A stretch of 64,000 nucleotides of DNA. It comes from Methanosarcinales archaeon. GTDB lineage: Archaea; Halobacteriota; UBA148; JAUWXC01. The notes beneath the pieces are model-generated. The model had not been told where the DNA came from. It saw only the letters and a program-made list of their open reading frames with translations, and ran no database searches. Location: the NCBI GenBank assembly GCA_026016205.1, contig CP061209.1, positions 378,330 to 442,329 on the forward strand. The letters run 5' to 3'. This document shows, piece after piece, positions 39,790 through 49,615 of the stretch. Numbering within the stretch: the stretch's first letter is position 1; every line of letters starts with the position of its first letter. The translations under genes were made by a program, and so were the position numbers.

Positions 39790-40428
39790 ATGGCAAGAAT
39801 AAGGACCAGTAAGATGGAGATTAGACATCTCACAATTGCATGGTTAGGCATATCATATGCCTTCGCACTCGTATTGTTATGGAATAAACTGGGTAGAAGA
39901 CCAGACACGATAGAAATATTGGGCTGGGACATTCTGGGGTTTTTGATATTATCACTTTTGACGGTAGGTGTGGCGTTTCTGCTTCATGAGACGGGTCACA
40001 AGGTCGTCGCGCAGAGATATGAGTGTTGGGCTGAGTTCAGGATGAGTCTTCCTATGCTGATGTTCGCAATCTTATGTGCATACGTAGCTGGAATTGTATT
40101 TGCTGCACCTGGTGCAGTCATGATATTCGGCCCACATATAACGCGCGAGCAAAATGGAAAAATTGCGGTTGCAGGGCCTACGATGAATCTGCTGCTTGTA
40201 TTTTTGTTCCTACCTCTTATAGGGCACGGGGGTTTTATCACCATGATTGGAGCCTATGGAGTCATCATTAACATATTCATCGCCGCTTTTAACATGCTTC
40301 CAATTAGCGTTCTAGATGGAAGAAAGATTCTTTACTGGAGTAAAACGGTATATCTGCTTGTACTGTTGGCATCCTTCGGCATGCTGGCGTGGGCGTTCGT
40401 TAAAGTTGTACCATATCTTTCTTTCTAA
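39790..40428 (+). CDS. small M50-family membrane metalloprotease
   Basis: HETGHK and NMLPISVLDGRK in a polytopic 212-aa protein. Confidence 0.7.
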   Translation: MARIRTSKMEIRHLTIAWLGISYAFALVLLWNKLGRRPDTIEILGWDILGFLILSLLTVGVAFLLHETGHKVVAQRYECWAEFRMSLPMLMFAILCAYVAGIVFAAPGAVMIFGPHITREQNGKIAVAGPTMNLLLVFLFLPLIGHGGFITMIGAYGVIINIFIAAFNMLPISVLDGRKILYWSKTVYLLVLLASFGMLAWAFVKVVPYLSF

Positions 40429-40473
40429 ATCCGCACCATTTATATTATTAAGGGGCACGTATACTACCGTAAA

Positions 40474-41889
40474 GTGATGCCCATGAGACTCGTGATGAAA
40501 TTTGGTGGAACTTCGGTTGCCGACGGTTGCAGGATAAAAAACGTAGCATCGCTCATTAAGGGCTTTTATAATGGTACGAATGAGATTGTTGCCGTAGTCT
40601 CGGCGCTGTCCGGCGTGACCGATGAACTGGAAGAAGGGGCAAAAAAGTCATCTGAAAAAGGAGATGCAGCAGAGATCGATTTATTCATAAAAAGACTGGC
40701 AAAACGGCATTACGATGCTGTAAAAGAAGCCATTGACGATAGGGAAATAGCAAAAATAGTGATTGAAGGGTTGGGCGTTGAGTTCGATGACCTGAGAAAG
40801 TCTCTGATTAGCATAAGCCACTTGAGAGAACTGACCGACCGGTCACACAGTTATATCTCATCATTTGGGGAGAGGCTCTTAGCCCCTATACTCTCAGGCG
40901 CGATGCGTTCCATGGGTTTGGATTCAATATCATTCACGGGCGGAGAAGCCGGCATCGTAACCAATAGCAATTTTAAAAATGCACGACCTCTGTTTGCCAT
41001 AACCAACGATAATGTCAAAAAGTGCCTTCTTCCGCTGATTGAAGCCAGAAAGGTCCCAGTTGTATCTGGCTTCATAGCAGTAGATAAAAACGGGGCCATA
41101 ACCACTTTGGGCAGAGGCGGGTCCGATTACACTGCATCTATCATCGGCGCTGCCATAGATGCCGACGAGATTTGGATATGGACCGATGTAGACGGAGTCA
41201 TGACTGCTGACCCAAAAATCGTTCCAGGAGCACGGACGTTACCGGCAATATCTTATCTTGAGGCCATGGAACTCTCATATTTTGGCGCAAAGGTAATTCA
41301 TCCCAAAACCATAGAGCCGGCAATTCAAAAAGGAATTTCAGTCAGGGTAAAAAATACGTTTAATCCTACGCACCCGGGTACGACTATCGTAAAGGACCAT
41401 AAAGAAATCAAAGATGTAGTCAAGGCGGTTACAATCATACGAAATGTTGCATTGGTCAATGTTAGCGGTGCTGGCATGGCTGGCACTCCAGGCGTTGCTG
41501 CACGAGTCTTCACAGCACTTGCCAAGGCGGATGTGAACATCATGATGATTTCCCAGGGTTCATCCGAGGCGAATATATCTATTGTAGTGGATGAAGCAAG
41601 TCTGAGCAAGGCAATTAATGCCCTCCAGTCAGAATTCAGGGAAGATGTTGTGAAAAGCATTGTGCATGACAAAGATGTCTGTACTATCGCTGTTGTTGGC
41701 GCTGGCATGGCAGGCACTCCTGGTGTAGCTGGACGTGTGTTCTCTGCTCTGGGGCAAGCGGGTGCCAACGTGCGGATGATTTCTCAAGGTTCATCCGAGG
41801 TGAATATCTCATTTGTCGTCGACGGGAAGGATGTGGAAAAGGCTGTGATAGCGCTACATGACGAGTTCAACCTAGGTGCAGAACGATGA
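40474..41889 (+). CDS. lysC: aspartate kinase with two ACT domains
   Basis: [18 protein letters not shown], two ACT repeats each with [16 protein letters not shown]. Confidence 0.92.
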   Translation: MMPMRLVMKFGGTSVADGCRIKNVASLIKGFYNGTNEIVAVVSALSGVTDELEEGAKKSSEKGDAAEIDLFIKRLAKRHYDAVKEAIDDREIAKIVIEGLGVEFDDLRKSLISISHLRELTDRSHSYISSFGERLLAPILSGAMRSMGLDSISFTGGEAGIVTNSNFKNARPLFAITNDNVKKCLLPLIEARKVPVVSGFIAVDKNGAITTLGRGGSDYTASIIGAAIDADEIWIWTDVDGVMTADPKIVPGARTLPAISYLEAMELSYFGAKVIHPKTIEPAIQKGISVRVKNTFNPTHPGTTIVKDHKEIKDVVKAVTIIRNVALVNVSGAGMAGTPGVAARVFTALAKADVNIMMISQGSSEANISIVVDEASLSKAINALQSEFREDVVKSIVHDKDVCTIAVVGAGMAGTPGVAGRVFSALGQAGANVRMISQGSSEVNISFVVDGKDVEKAVIALHDEFNLGAER

Positions 41890-42878
41890 ACGAAATGACA
41901 TATGCCAAAGCAGGAGTCAACATTATCGAAGAGGAGAAAGCTATCGCAAGACTGACAAAATGTCTGAGGTTTAGGCGAAAAGGATTTGGCGCGCCCTTGG
42001 CAGAAATAGGGCACTATGCTGGATTAATTGACTTGGGCGAGTATGCGCTAGCAATGACCACAGATGGTGTCGGCTCCAAGGTCTTGGTTGCCAATGCGAT
42101 AAAAAAATGGGATACTGTGGGCATCGACTGCATAGCGATGAACGTGAATGATTTGTTGGCGATAGGAGCAGAGCCGCTTGCATTTGTGGACTATCTTGCA
42201 ATGGAAAAACCCGATGAATCCATAATGGAAAAAATCGGAATCGGGCTGCAGGAAGGGGCAGAGATATCGAACATTTCCATCATTGGAGGCGAGACGGCAA
42301 CGCTGCCAGATATCATCAATGGATTTGACCTGGCTGGCACCTGTGTTGGCATTGTTCCAAAGGATAGAATAATCACTGGCGAAAGCGTAGAAATTGGTGA
42401 CTTGCTCTTGGGTTTGTCCAGTTCTGGAATACATAGCAATGGGCTAACGCTGGCGAGAATGGTGATTAAAAAAGCTGGGCACTCGTACAAGGATGCATTT
42501 CCGCCGACTAAGAAGAGCATTGGGGAGGAATTGCTGACTCCAACGCGCATCTATATGGAGATATTGGATTTGATAAAACACTGCGAGGTGCATGGGTTGG
42601 CGCACATCACTGGAAGCGGCTTGTTAAAGTTGAAACGTCTCACCAAGTATGGTTTTAATTTTGATAACCCACTGGCACCAAATCCGATATTCAAGTTCTT
42701 ACAAGAAGAAGGCAACATAAGCGATGAAGAGATGTATAAAACCTTCAACATGGGCATGGGATTTTTGGTGGTGCTTCCAGAAAAGGACGCGAAGAGCGCA
42801 TTAAAGATTACAGATGGGAAAATCGTAGGACAAGTTGTCGAAAAGGGGATTATAGTCGGGGATCTGCAGATTGCATAA
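41886..42878 (+). CDS. purM: phosphoribosylformylglycinamidine cyclo-ligase (AIR synthetase)
   Basis: [30 protein letters not shown]. Confidence 0.92.
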   Translation: MNEMTYAKAGVNIIEEEKAIARLTKCLRFRRKGFGAPLAEIGHYAGLIDLGEYALAMTTDGVGSKVLVANAIKKWDTVGIDCIAMNVNDLLAIGAEPLAFVDYLAMEKPDESIMEKIGIGLQEGAEISNISIIGGETATLPDIINGFDLAGTCVGIVPKDRIITGESVEIGDLLLGLSSSGIHSNGLTLARMVIKKAGHSYKDAFPPTKKSIGEELLTPTRIYMEILDLIKHCEVHGLAHITGSGLLKLKRLTKYGFNFDNPLAPNPIFKFLQEEGNISDEEMYKTFNMGMGFLVVLPEKDAKSALKITDGKIVGQVVEKGIIVGDLQIA

Positions 42879-42885
42879 TCAGCAA

Positions 42886-43470
42886 CTATGTTGGACCCTT
42901 CTTGCTCACATCGAGCACGACCATTCCGGTTTTTAGTTTGGATATCTCTTCCTTTGTGAGACTTCGATGAGTTGCGCGTTCGGAAAGGATGGCGCTATTT
43001 CCCAGTGGGTCTTCTATAATGATGGTAAGCTGCGCATCGCCTGATTTCGCGCCCTCTATTGTGCCTAGGACTTCGTCGATGCGCTTCAATTTAACATCGT
43101 CCTCGGTCCATTTTCTCGTCATTTTTACTATATCTTTGATGCGCTCGAGAACACCTTCTATGTTCGTCACGAAGGATTCTGACGCAGGGCCAGGCTCAAC
43201 ATCTATGCCAAGTTCTGGAATTCTAATTGTGCCGGAGGTAGACCGGATTACCCTCGTATCAAGGTCTTCTGAAGATGACACTATCAACTCATACCTAACT
43301 GGCTCTTGCACGCCTAAGATTAACGTGTCAGCATGCTTGAATCCACACTTACAAGTAGCGCTAATGTGCATGATTTCGCCAAAATAGGGAATTTCATCAG
43401 GACGCCAGCGGAAAACGAGTTCTTCGCCACACATCGGGCAAGAGCTCTTCATCTCAAATTCATGAGGCAC
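42886..43470 (-). CDS. ZPR1-type zinc-finger protein
   Basis: CPMCGEE..PYFGEIMHISATCKCGF, then a beta-barrel domain; 194 aa. Confidence 0.75.
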   Translation of the reverse strand: MPHEFEMKSSCPMCGEELVFRWRPDEIPYFGEIMHISATCKCGFKHADTLILGVQEPVRYELIVSSSEDLDTRVIRSTSGTIRIPELGIDVEPGPASESFVTNIEGVLERIKDIVKMTRKWTEDDVKLKRIDEVLGTIEGAKSGDAQLTIIIEDPLGNSAILSERATHRSLTKEEISKLKTGMVVLDVSKKGPT

Positions 43471-43853
43471 TATTTTCCACCAAGAATCTTGGTCCTGTTG
43501 ATTTTCACTGACGTGGGAGTTACCATTACGTAATCATCCCCGATGCCAGCGATATCTCCATGTACGTCCGCAGCTACTTGCTTAAGGTCTTTAATCGCCC
43601 GCTCAGACGTCAGTTTATCATTTTTGATGAGCGAAATATCAGCCACTACGATGTTCCCATCATATACCTCTTTCTTCAGCTCTGGGAGCTCATTTAAACT
43701 CGTTAACTGCGCAACTCTGACGTATGTCTCTGCTGGCATTTCTTCCAAAACCGCTTCATACTGTCCCAGGTCTAATTCGGTGTACTCTTCTCCGGGCAGC
43801 TTGGATTTAGGGCCAATTATTTTATTCAGAAAACTTTTTGGCATAATTATCAC
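43470..43853 (-). CDS. sepF: cell division protein SepF homolog
   Basis: YVRVAQLTSLNELPELKKEVYDGNIVVADIS..AIKDLKQVAADVHGDIAGIGDDYVMVTP is the SepF/DUF552 pattern. Confidence 0.7.
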   Translation of the reverse strand: MIIMPKSFLNKIIGPKSKLPGEEYTELDLGQYEAVLEEMPAETYVRVAQLTSLNELPELKKEVYDGNIVVADISLIKNDKLTSERAIKDLKQVAADVHGDIAGIGDDYVMVTPTSVKINRTKILGGK

Positions 43854-43900
43854 CTTTTACTATCATATGGTTGAGACATATTTAAACTTGTTTCTATTAA

Positions 43901-44401
43901 TCAGACCTCAAGTTTCCATATATTGTCCCCAACGTAGTGAATTGATTTAATTGCCTTGCCCTTATCTCTCATCATATCTTCCCCTGAGATCAATGCCCTC
44001 CCTATTGCAAGGGGTTTGTTGTGCACTTCATCTACTACGATAACAAAATCTCCTTTTTGTATTGCCGTGTCTGCATCTACAATACCGGGGCACATGATAT
44101 CTGCACCCTTGGATACTGCCCTGACAGCGCCCATGTCGACAACGACTCTATTTCGTTTCAACTTGAGTTTTAACGCTCCCTTGACGGTCGGAAAAACTTT
44201 CTCTTCAATTAAAAAAAGACTCGGCTCGTTATCTATGAGTATGATGTCGTATTCACTACCAGTTTCAGCAATTTCAAACTTTTTACCGGCGAAAAGTTGC
44301 TCGACCTCTACACCGAATCTTGATTTTAACTGGTTCACCATCTTTTGCCTGGCATCATCTCTTAAATGGTGTCTGGTTTTAATTCTCACCCTCTCACCCA
44401 A
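43901..44401 (-). CDS. PUA-domain RNA-binding protein
   Basis: C-terminal PUA motif VVVDMGAVRAVSKGADIMCPGIV..GDFVIVVDE..KPLAIGRAL. Confidence 0.75.
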   Translation of the reverse strand: MGERVRIKTRHHLRDDARQKMVNQLKSRFGVEVEQLFAGKKFEIAETGSEYDIILIDNEPSLFLIEEKVFPTVKGALKLKLKRNRVVVDMGAVRAVSKGADIMCPGIVDADTAIQKGDFVIVVDEVHNKPLAIGRALISGEDMMRDKGKAIKSIHYVGDNIWKLEV

Positions 44402-44462
44402 AAGTATTATTTCTCAATAAACATAAAGCGTGATTAAAAAATAAAATTATGGGTTAACATAA

Positions 44463-44696
<234 letters not shown>

Positions 44697-44708
44697 GAGA
44701 AATGAATA

Positions 44709-44891
44709 ATGGCGAAAGGAACACCGTCAATGGGAAAAAGACAAAAAAGGACGCACACCACATGTAGGCGTTGTGGCAATGTTTCATATAATATCAGCAA
44801 GAAGCAATGTGCTTCCTGCGGATTTGGAAAAACGGGTAAGAGACGGGCATATAGTTGGATGAAAAAAATAGTCAAACTTTCTAAGACGTAA
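44709..44891 (+). CDS. rpl37e: 50S ribosomal protein L37e
   Basis: [37 protein letters not shown]. Confidence 0.92.
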   Translation: MAKGTPSMGKRQKRTHTTCRRCGNVSYNISKKQCASCGFGKTGKRRAYSWMKKIVKLSKT

Positions 44892-44909
44892 TGGAGTGGG
44901 TGGCTTATA

Positions 44910-46319
44910 TTGAAAGATGGGTGCGGTGTGGTGGGGGTTTCGATAGCCTCTCAAGAGAAGCCGGCTGCTCCATACATTTATTATGCGCTGTATGCCCTCC
45001 AGCACAGGGGGCAGGAATCAGCGGGCATCGCCACCTTTGATGGCGAGCGCGCTCACATCATTAAAGAAATGGGTTTGGTATCCAAGGTTTTTAACACGAA
45101 AAGATTGAGCAAATTACCTGGCCCCCTTGGCATTGGACATGTCAGGTATTCAACTACGGGTACATCCAGGATTGAAAACAGTCAGCCATTGTTAATCAAC
45201 TATAAGGGCGGGGTTATCGCCATCGCGCATAATGGTAATCTGGTTAATTCCAAGGAGCTAAGGGCTGACCTGGAGGCCGAGGGACGAATTTTTACGACAG
45301 AGTCTGATACCGAAGTAATTGCATATTTGCTCGTCAAGGAATTGCTCAAATCTAATTTAGAGGGTGCTATCCGTAGCTTGATGCAGCGTCTGGTGGGGTC
45401 ATATTCGCTAACGTTTCTCTTTGATGGCATGGTGGCAGCGATTAGGGATCCATTGGGAATAAAGCCACTATGCATCGGCAAGATTGATGGGGGGCACGTC
45501 GTTGTTTCTGAAAGCGCTGCAATAGATGTGCTAGGTGGAACGCTCATCAGGGATGTACGCCCAGGAGAGCTCGTCATTTTGAGAGATGGTGAGTTTAAGA
45601 GTAAACAGATATGCCGTTCTAAGAATGCTGCACACTGCTTTTTTGAGTACACGTATTTTGCCAGGCCTGATTCCATTCTAGATGGAAAACTCGTGTATGA
45701 TGTAAGGCGTAGGATAGGGGAGACGTTGGTAGATGAGCATGATAAAAAGGCAGATGCGATATGTCCTGTGCCGGATTCTGGCATCACCTTCGCCATTGGG
45801 TACTCTATAAAGTCCGGTTTGGATTATATAGAAGGGCTGATGAAGAACCGCTATGTGGGACGAACATTTATCATGCCCGGTCAAGAAATGCGGGAAATCG
45901 CCGTCCGGCTAAAGCTGAATGCCATCAGGTCGAACATCGAGGGCAAGAGGGTGGCGTTAATCGATGACAGCATTGTTAGGGGCACCACGTCAAAGAGAAT
46001 CGTTGACCTAATCCGTAGCGCTGGCGCAAAAGAGGTGCATGTAAGAATAGGGACCCCCCCTATCATAGCGCCCTGCTATTTTGGAATAGACATGGTAACA
46101 CGCAAGGAGTTAATAGCAGCTCACAAGAGTGTTGAAGGCGTCGCATTGGCACTTGGCGTCGACTCGCTGGGATACATCAGCATTGACGGTCTGGTCAAAT
46201 CCATTGGAATTCCTGCAGAGGATTTGTGCTTGGCGTGCGTGACCGGCGAGTATCCGTTAGAGGTTCCAGGCGAGAAGTGTCCACTAAGGCGCTCCGCGAG
46301 CCAAAACATTTTAAAGTAA
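44910..46319 (+). CDS. purF: amidophosphoribosyltransferase
   Basis: Ntn nucleophile in MKDG-CGVVGV. PRPP motif VALIDDSIVRGTTS. C-terminal Cys cluster. TTG start. Confidence 0.92.
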   Translation: MKDGCGVVGVSIASQEKPAAPYIYYALYALQHRGQESAGIATFDGERAHIIKEMGLVSKVFNTKRLSKLPGPLGIGHVRYSTTGTSRIENSQPLLINYKGGVIAIAHNGNLVNSKELRADLEAEGRIFTTESDTEVIAYLLVKELLKSNLEGAIRSLMQRLVGSYSLTFLFDGMVAAIRDPLGIKPLCIGKIDGGHVVVSESAAIDVLGGTLIRDVRPGELVILRDGEFKSKQICRSKNAAHCFFEYTYFARPDSILDGKLVYDVRRRIGETLVDEHDKKADAICPVPDSGITFAIGYSIKSGLDYIEGLMKNRYVGRTFIMPGQEMREIAVRLKLNAIRSNIEGKRVALIDDSIVRGTTSKRIVDLIRSAGAKEVHVRIGTPPIIAPCYFGIDMVTRKELIAAHKSVEGVALALGVDSLGYISIDGLVKSIGIPAEDLCLACVTGEYPLEVPGEKCPLRRSASQNILK

Positions 46320-46339
46320 AGCAAGAGGTGTAATATATT

Positions 46340-46786
46340 ATGCGTAAGAAGGCAACTACAAAATGGAAGCAAAACCTAATCAAAGTGCTGGATAAGACGG
46401 ATACGGCAATTTACACGATTATCGCTATATTTCTTATTGCAATGGCATTTGCCTCATTTATAGTGGTTGGGAAAGATGTGCTGAACAGTTTCGGTTCTGG
46501 AGGTACAATATCAAGCATACTAATCGCTCTTAAGGACTTGATGGTAGCCATAATCATTGTTGAACTGTTGCAGACGGTCGTCGTTTTTATAAGGGAAGAA
46601 CAGGTCGACATACGGATGATACTGGGTGCTGGATTAACTGCCATGGTGCGAAAAGTGCTGGTGTTTGGGGTAGAGGAAGTAGAGGTAATGGAGATGGTAA
46701 TTGTGGTGGCGCTAATCATAGTGCTGACACTGGCGGTAGTTATACTAACGAGATATGCCTGCACCAAGGTTGGGCCAGTTCGTTGA
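46340..46786 (+). CDS. PsiE-like (phosphate-starvation-inducible E family) membrane protein
   Basis: 4 TM; IIVELLQTVVVFIRE..VDIRMILGAGLTAMVRKVL resembles PsiE. Confidence 0.5.
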   Translation: MRKKATTKWKQNLIKVLDKTDTAIYTIIAIFLIAMAFASFIVVGKDVLNSFGSGGTISSILIALKDLMVAIIIVELLQTVVVFIREEQVDIRMILGAGLTAMVRKVLVFGVEEVEVMEMVIVVALIIVLTLAVVILTRYACTKVGPVR

Positions 46787-46802
46787 CTACGTTGCAATAG
46801 AG

Positions 46803-46937
46803 TGCGGGGGAAGGGATTTGAACCCTCGAACCCCTACGGGACAGCGCCCTGAACGCTGCGCCTTTAGTCCTCCTTTTCCGTCAACGCTTTTGCACGAAGT
46901 GAAAAAGGGTTGTTTAACCTGACTTGGCGACCCCCGC
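46803..46937 (-). tRNA. tRNA-Leu(CAG), type II, with a roughly 50-nt non-canonical intron in the D-loop (about 46863..46912)
   Basis: Hand fold: GCGGGGG/CCCCCGC acceptor, discriminator A, CAGCG-TTCAGGG-CGCTG anticodon arm, long variable arm TCCCGTAGGGGTTC, T arm GAGGG-TTCAAAT-CCCTT. D arm GCC-AAGTCAGGTTAAA-GGC forms only after removing CAACCC..GGACTAAA. Confidence 0.75.
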
Positions 46938-46960
46938 TTTTAAGACTTTTTTAAGTTATC

Positions 46961-46968
46961 TTTTTATG
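46961..46968 (-). promoter_or_regulatory. TATA-like box for tRNA-Leu
   Basis: CATAAAAA on the minus strand, centred about 27 nt upstream of the tRNA 5' end. Confidence 0.4.
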
Positions 46969-46990
46969 AAGATAAACGTTATTCAACTAT

Positions 46991-47702
46991 ATGCTTGACA
47001 TCGTCTTTTACAACAACCTCGCATTTTTCGAACTCTTCATATTGGCATTTGTCATTTTGATGGCAATAGAATTGATGGCACTATACTTCTACAAGGTTGG
47101 ATTCACGTTCTCTGAGCTTATATTGCTCATCGCTTTCCCCCTATTTAGTTATTCCTCGACCTTGGCAATGCGGCCTGAGTTGATGAATATCGCTCTTATG
47201 GAAATTCACAACAAGGTTATAGGATTTAATATCATAGGGGTTGGCATGCCCCTCATTGTTTCTGTTAAAATACTGGTGCAAAAGCGTTTGCCCCTCAAGG
47301 AAACAGCGCTGATAACGGGAATCGTTGCTATTGTTACATCTCTTTACACTCATTTTGATCCTGGCGTAGGCCTCATCGTTCACTTCTTCGCGAATTCCTC
47401 CAATGCTCGCTGCAGCTACTGCATTCGTATTGAGAATGGATCCACGAGTTCATAAATATAACACTGCGCTGATGACATACGTGTGCGGTACTCTTGGTGT
47501 GTTAATAGGTGCTGACCTGCTTCATCTTCATCAGATATTGTTATGGATGCCAACCGAGCCGGTATTTATCTCTATTGGCGGGGCTGGGCTTGTTGATGCC
47601 ATCTTTTTGTCCGGTATAATCGCTCTCGTCTTCGATTTGATATTCACTTGCCAGGTGCATAATGTGTTTAAAGACCTCGTCGAGGTTATAAAAAGCGGTT
47701 AA
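46991..47702 (+). pseudogene. DUF1614-family membrane protein interrupted by a +1 frameshift near 47388-47395
   Basis: ORFs 46991..47455 and 47403..47702 join as ..GVGLIVHFF(A)/IPPMLAAATAFVL..CGTLGVLIGADL..IGGAGLVDAIFLSG when one base around GCGAATTC is skipped. Combined length is about 235 aa, which fits the family. Confidence 0.6.
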
Positions 47703-48079
47703 GCGGATGGACTCTCTTCATGGCGTTCAAATGTCATGCGTATCTGGATGTCTAATTCCCGCTCGTCTACAAGGAGATTGGCAACCTGGTCGAGTGTAGA
47801 TGGAATTTTTGCCGTCAATTTCTCAGCCATTTCATCGCTTAAATCCTGCCTGCTGGTTACTGTATTCGCAACCTCTGGCTTGAGCTGTTCAACTGCTGCC
47901 CTGGCCTCCTCGGCGCTCAAATTTCCTGCCTTCATCTTGTTTCTCAAGGTATGGTATTCCTTGTTCACCTGCTGGGCATAACCAAGTTTCAAATTCATGT
48001 CCTGCTCTATGTTAAAGCCTGCAATAGCAAAGGCGCATCGCATTATATTGTCCAACACATCCTGCCGAATTTCTGCCAT
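47699..48079 (-). CDS. hypothetical soluble helical protein
   Basis: Start taken at MAEIRQDV. No recognised motif. Confidence 0.4.
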   Translation of the reverse strand: MAEIRQDVLDNIMRCAFAIAGFNIEQDMNLKLGYAQQVNKEYHTLRNKMKAGNLSAEEARAAVEQLKPEVANTVTSRQDLSDEMAEKLTAKIPSTLDQVANLLVDERELDIQIRMTFERHEESPSA

Positions 48080-48186
48080 TTCTTCCCCCATCAAAATAAA
48101 AACACACAGCCGGCCCAATTTGCAAAGAGATTCATTTGTCCGAATCGGCTATGATATTATCTGTGATGTTAATATGTATCCAAACA

Positions 48187-49137
48187 TCATTTTAAGTTAA
48201 CGGTGCGGGACTTTTTAATGTAGCCTATCGCACTGATTCCGGCCGAAGAGCCTTCTCCCACGGCAGTTGCTATCTGCCTTCGCCCCCCTGTAATGTCTCC
48301 GGCGGCAAAAACTCCTGCGACATTTGTTTCCAGGCGCCTGTTAGCGACAATAAAGCCATTTTTCGTTAATTCTAAGCCAAGGTCTGTGGCAAGAACGGAA
48401 TTTGGCATGGTGCCATACTCGATAAAAACTGCGTCTACGGGCAGCATGTTAGATTTGCCATTGGTGCTAAATTGCACTTCTTCTACGACGGTTTTGCCCT
48501 TTATGGACTCGATAGAGGCGTTATACGATATATCTACGTTCTTTGCTTCCTCCAGGCGCTGGAGGTATATAGATTCACACTTAAGCGAATCATAAACACA
48601 AAGCACTGCCACCTTGTTGCATATGCCGGAAAGGTACAGTGCTGCCTTTGCTGCGCCGTTTCCGTATCCGATTACTACCACATCTTTGCCTTTGAAGAGT
48701 GCACCGTCGCATATGGCACAGTAGGATACACCCTTGCCCTGAAACTCTTTTGCCCCTGGAATATCTGGCTCCCTATGGCGCGCGCCCATGCACAATATCA
48801 CCGACCTACCATTGACCACGCCATCACCTGTCGTGACGGAAAACACTTCATCTTTCTCAATCCGCTTTGCGGCAGTGGACTTGATGAGCGCACCATATTT
48901 CGTAGCCTGTTGGCTCATCCTTTCGGTTAACTTAATGCCCTGAATGCCTTCTGGAAATCCAGGATAATTTTCGACCAGCCCCGCCTTGGCAAGCTGTGAG
49001 TCGTACACATCACCGAGGATCAGCGTGTTCAAATTTGCCCGTGCACAGTACATCCCAGCAGTCAATCCGGCCGGACCGGTACCGATAATTATCACGTCAT
49101 ACGTTTCCACAAAATCACCAACTTTTATATCACTCAC
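48187..49137 (-). CDS. trxB: thioredoxin reductase-like flavoprotein (low-Mr TrxR fold) lacking the NADPH 2'-phosphate motif
   Basis: FAD motif IIIGTGPAGLTAG, redox CAICDG, GD motif FAAGDI. Where E. coli TrxR has HRRDGFRAE, this protein reads CVYDSLKCE. Confidence 0.85.
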   Translation of the reverse strand: MSDIKVGDFVETYDVIIIGTGPAGLTAGMYCARANLNTLILGDVYDSQLAKAGLVENYPGFPEGIQGIKLTERMSQQATKYGALIKSTAAKRIEKDEVFSVTTGDGVVNGRSVILCMGARHREPDIPGAKEFQGKGVSYCAICDGALFKGKDVVVIGYGNGAAKAALYLSGICNKVAVLCVYDSLKCESIYLQRLEEAKNVDISYNASIESIKGKTVVEEVQFSTNGKSNMLPVDAVFIEYGTMPNSVLATDLGLELTKNGFIVANRRLETNVAGVFAAGDITGGRRQIATAVGEGSSAGISAIGYIKKSRTVNLK

Positions 49138-49143
49138 ATCATA

Positions 49144-49548
49144 ATGACTATTGTGATAAATAATTTACAATCCGCATTTCAGGCTGCGTTGAATTTTTAT
49201 CCCGAGCTGTGTGACCGCAAGATCTCTGTTGATACGCTGAAGATGACCATAACAAAGCGCAGGGTCGTCTTTGGGAGGGTTCACACGTTGACTGATGTCA
49301 GGGGCGAACAGAAATGGATGATATTTTTCAACTCCAGAGTTTTGGCACAAAATCCTCCCGTGGAGGTTTTAATCGAGGTTTTCGCGCACGAACTGGAGCA
49401 TATCGCCAGGGGGGATATAGGTCCTAATTCGAGCACCTCGCGTCCACATGCTGGAAAAAGAATCGACAGAAGCGTGGACGCAAAATTACCAACAGAAGTC
49501 GTGTGTAGAGCCAGACAGTGGAGGGAGGATTTTTTAAATTCTCTTTAG
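49144..49548 (+). CDS. SprT-like/HExxH small zinc metalloprotease-like protein
   Basis: Single HELEHI motif preceded by the ..FGRV...I.FNSRVL.. layout seen in SprT-like domains; 134 aa. Confidence 0.4.
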   Translation: MTIVINNLQSAFQAALNFYPELCDRKISVDTLKMTITKRRVVFGRVHTLTDVRGEQKWMIFFNSRVLAQNPPVEVLIEVFAHELEHIARGDIGPNSSTSRPHAGKRIDRSVDAKLPTEVVCRARQWREDFLNSL

Positions 49549-49615
49549 CAGTGCAGGTGATGCCCCCCCTCGTAAATGTTTTAATGCGATAGGGGTATGA
49601 TTTATCGGGGATACA

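Noticed and set aside
41460-41780. Direct repeat GGCGCTGGCATGGC.GGCACTCC.GG.GT.GCTG.ACG.GT.TTC occurring twice about 230 nt apart.
   Set aside because: It encodes the [14 protein letters not shown] motif of the two tandem ACT domains of aspartate kinase. This is an internal domain duplication, not a mobile or regulatory repeat.
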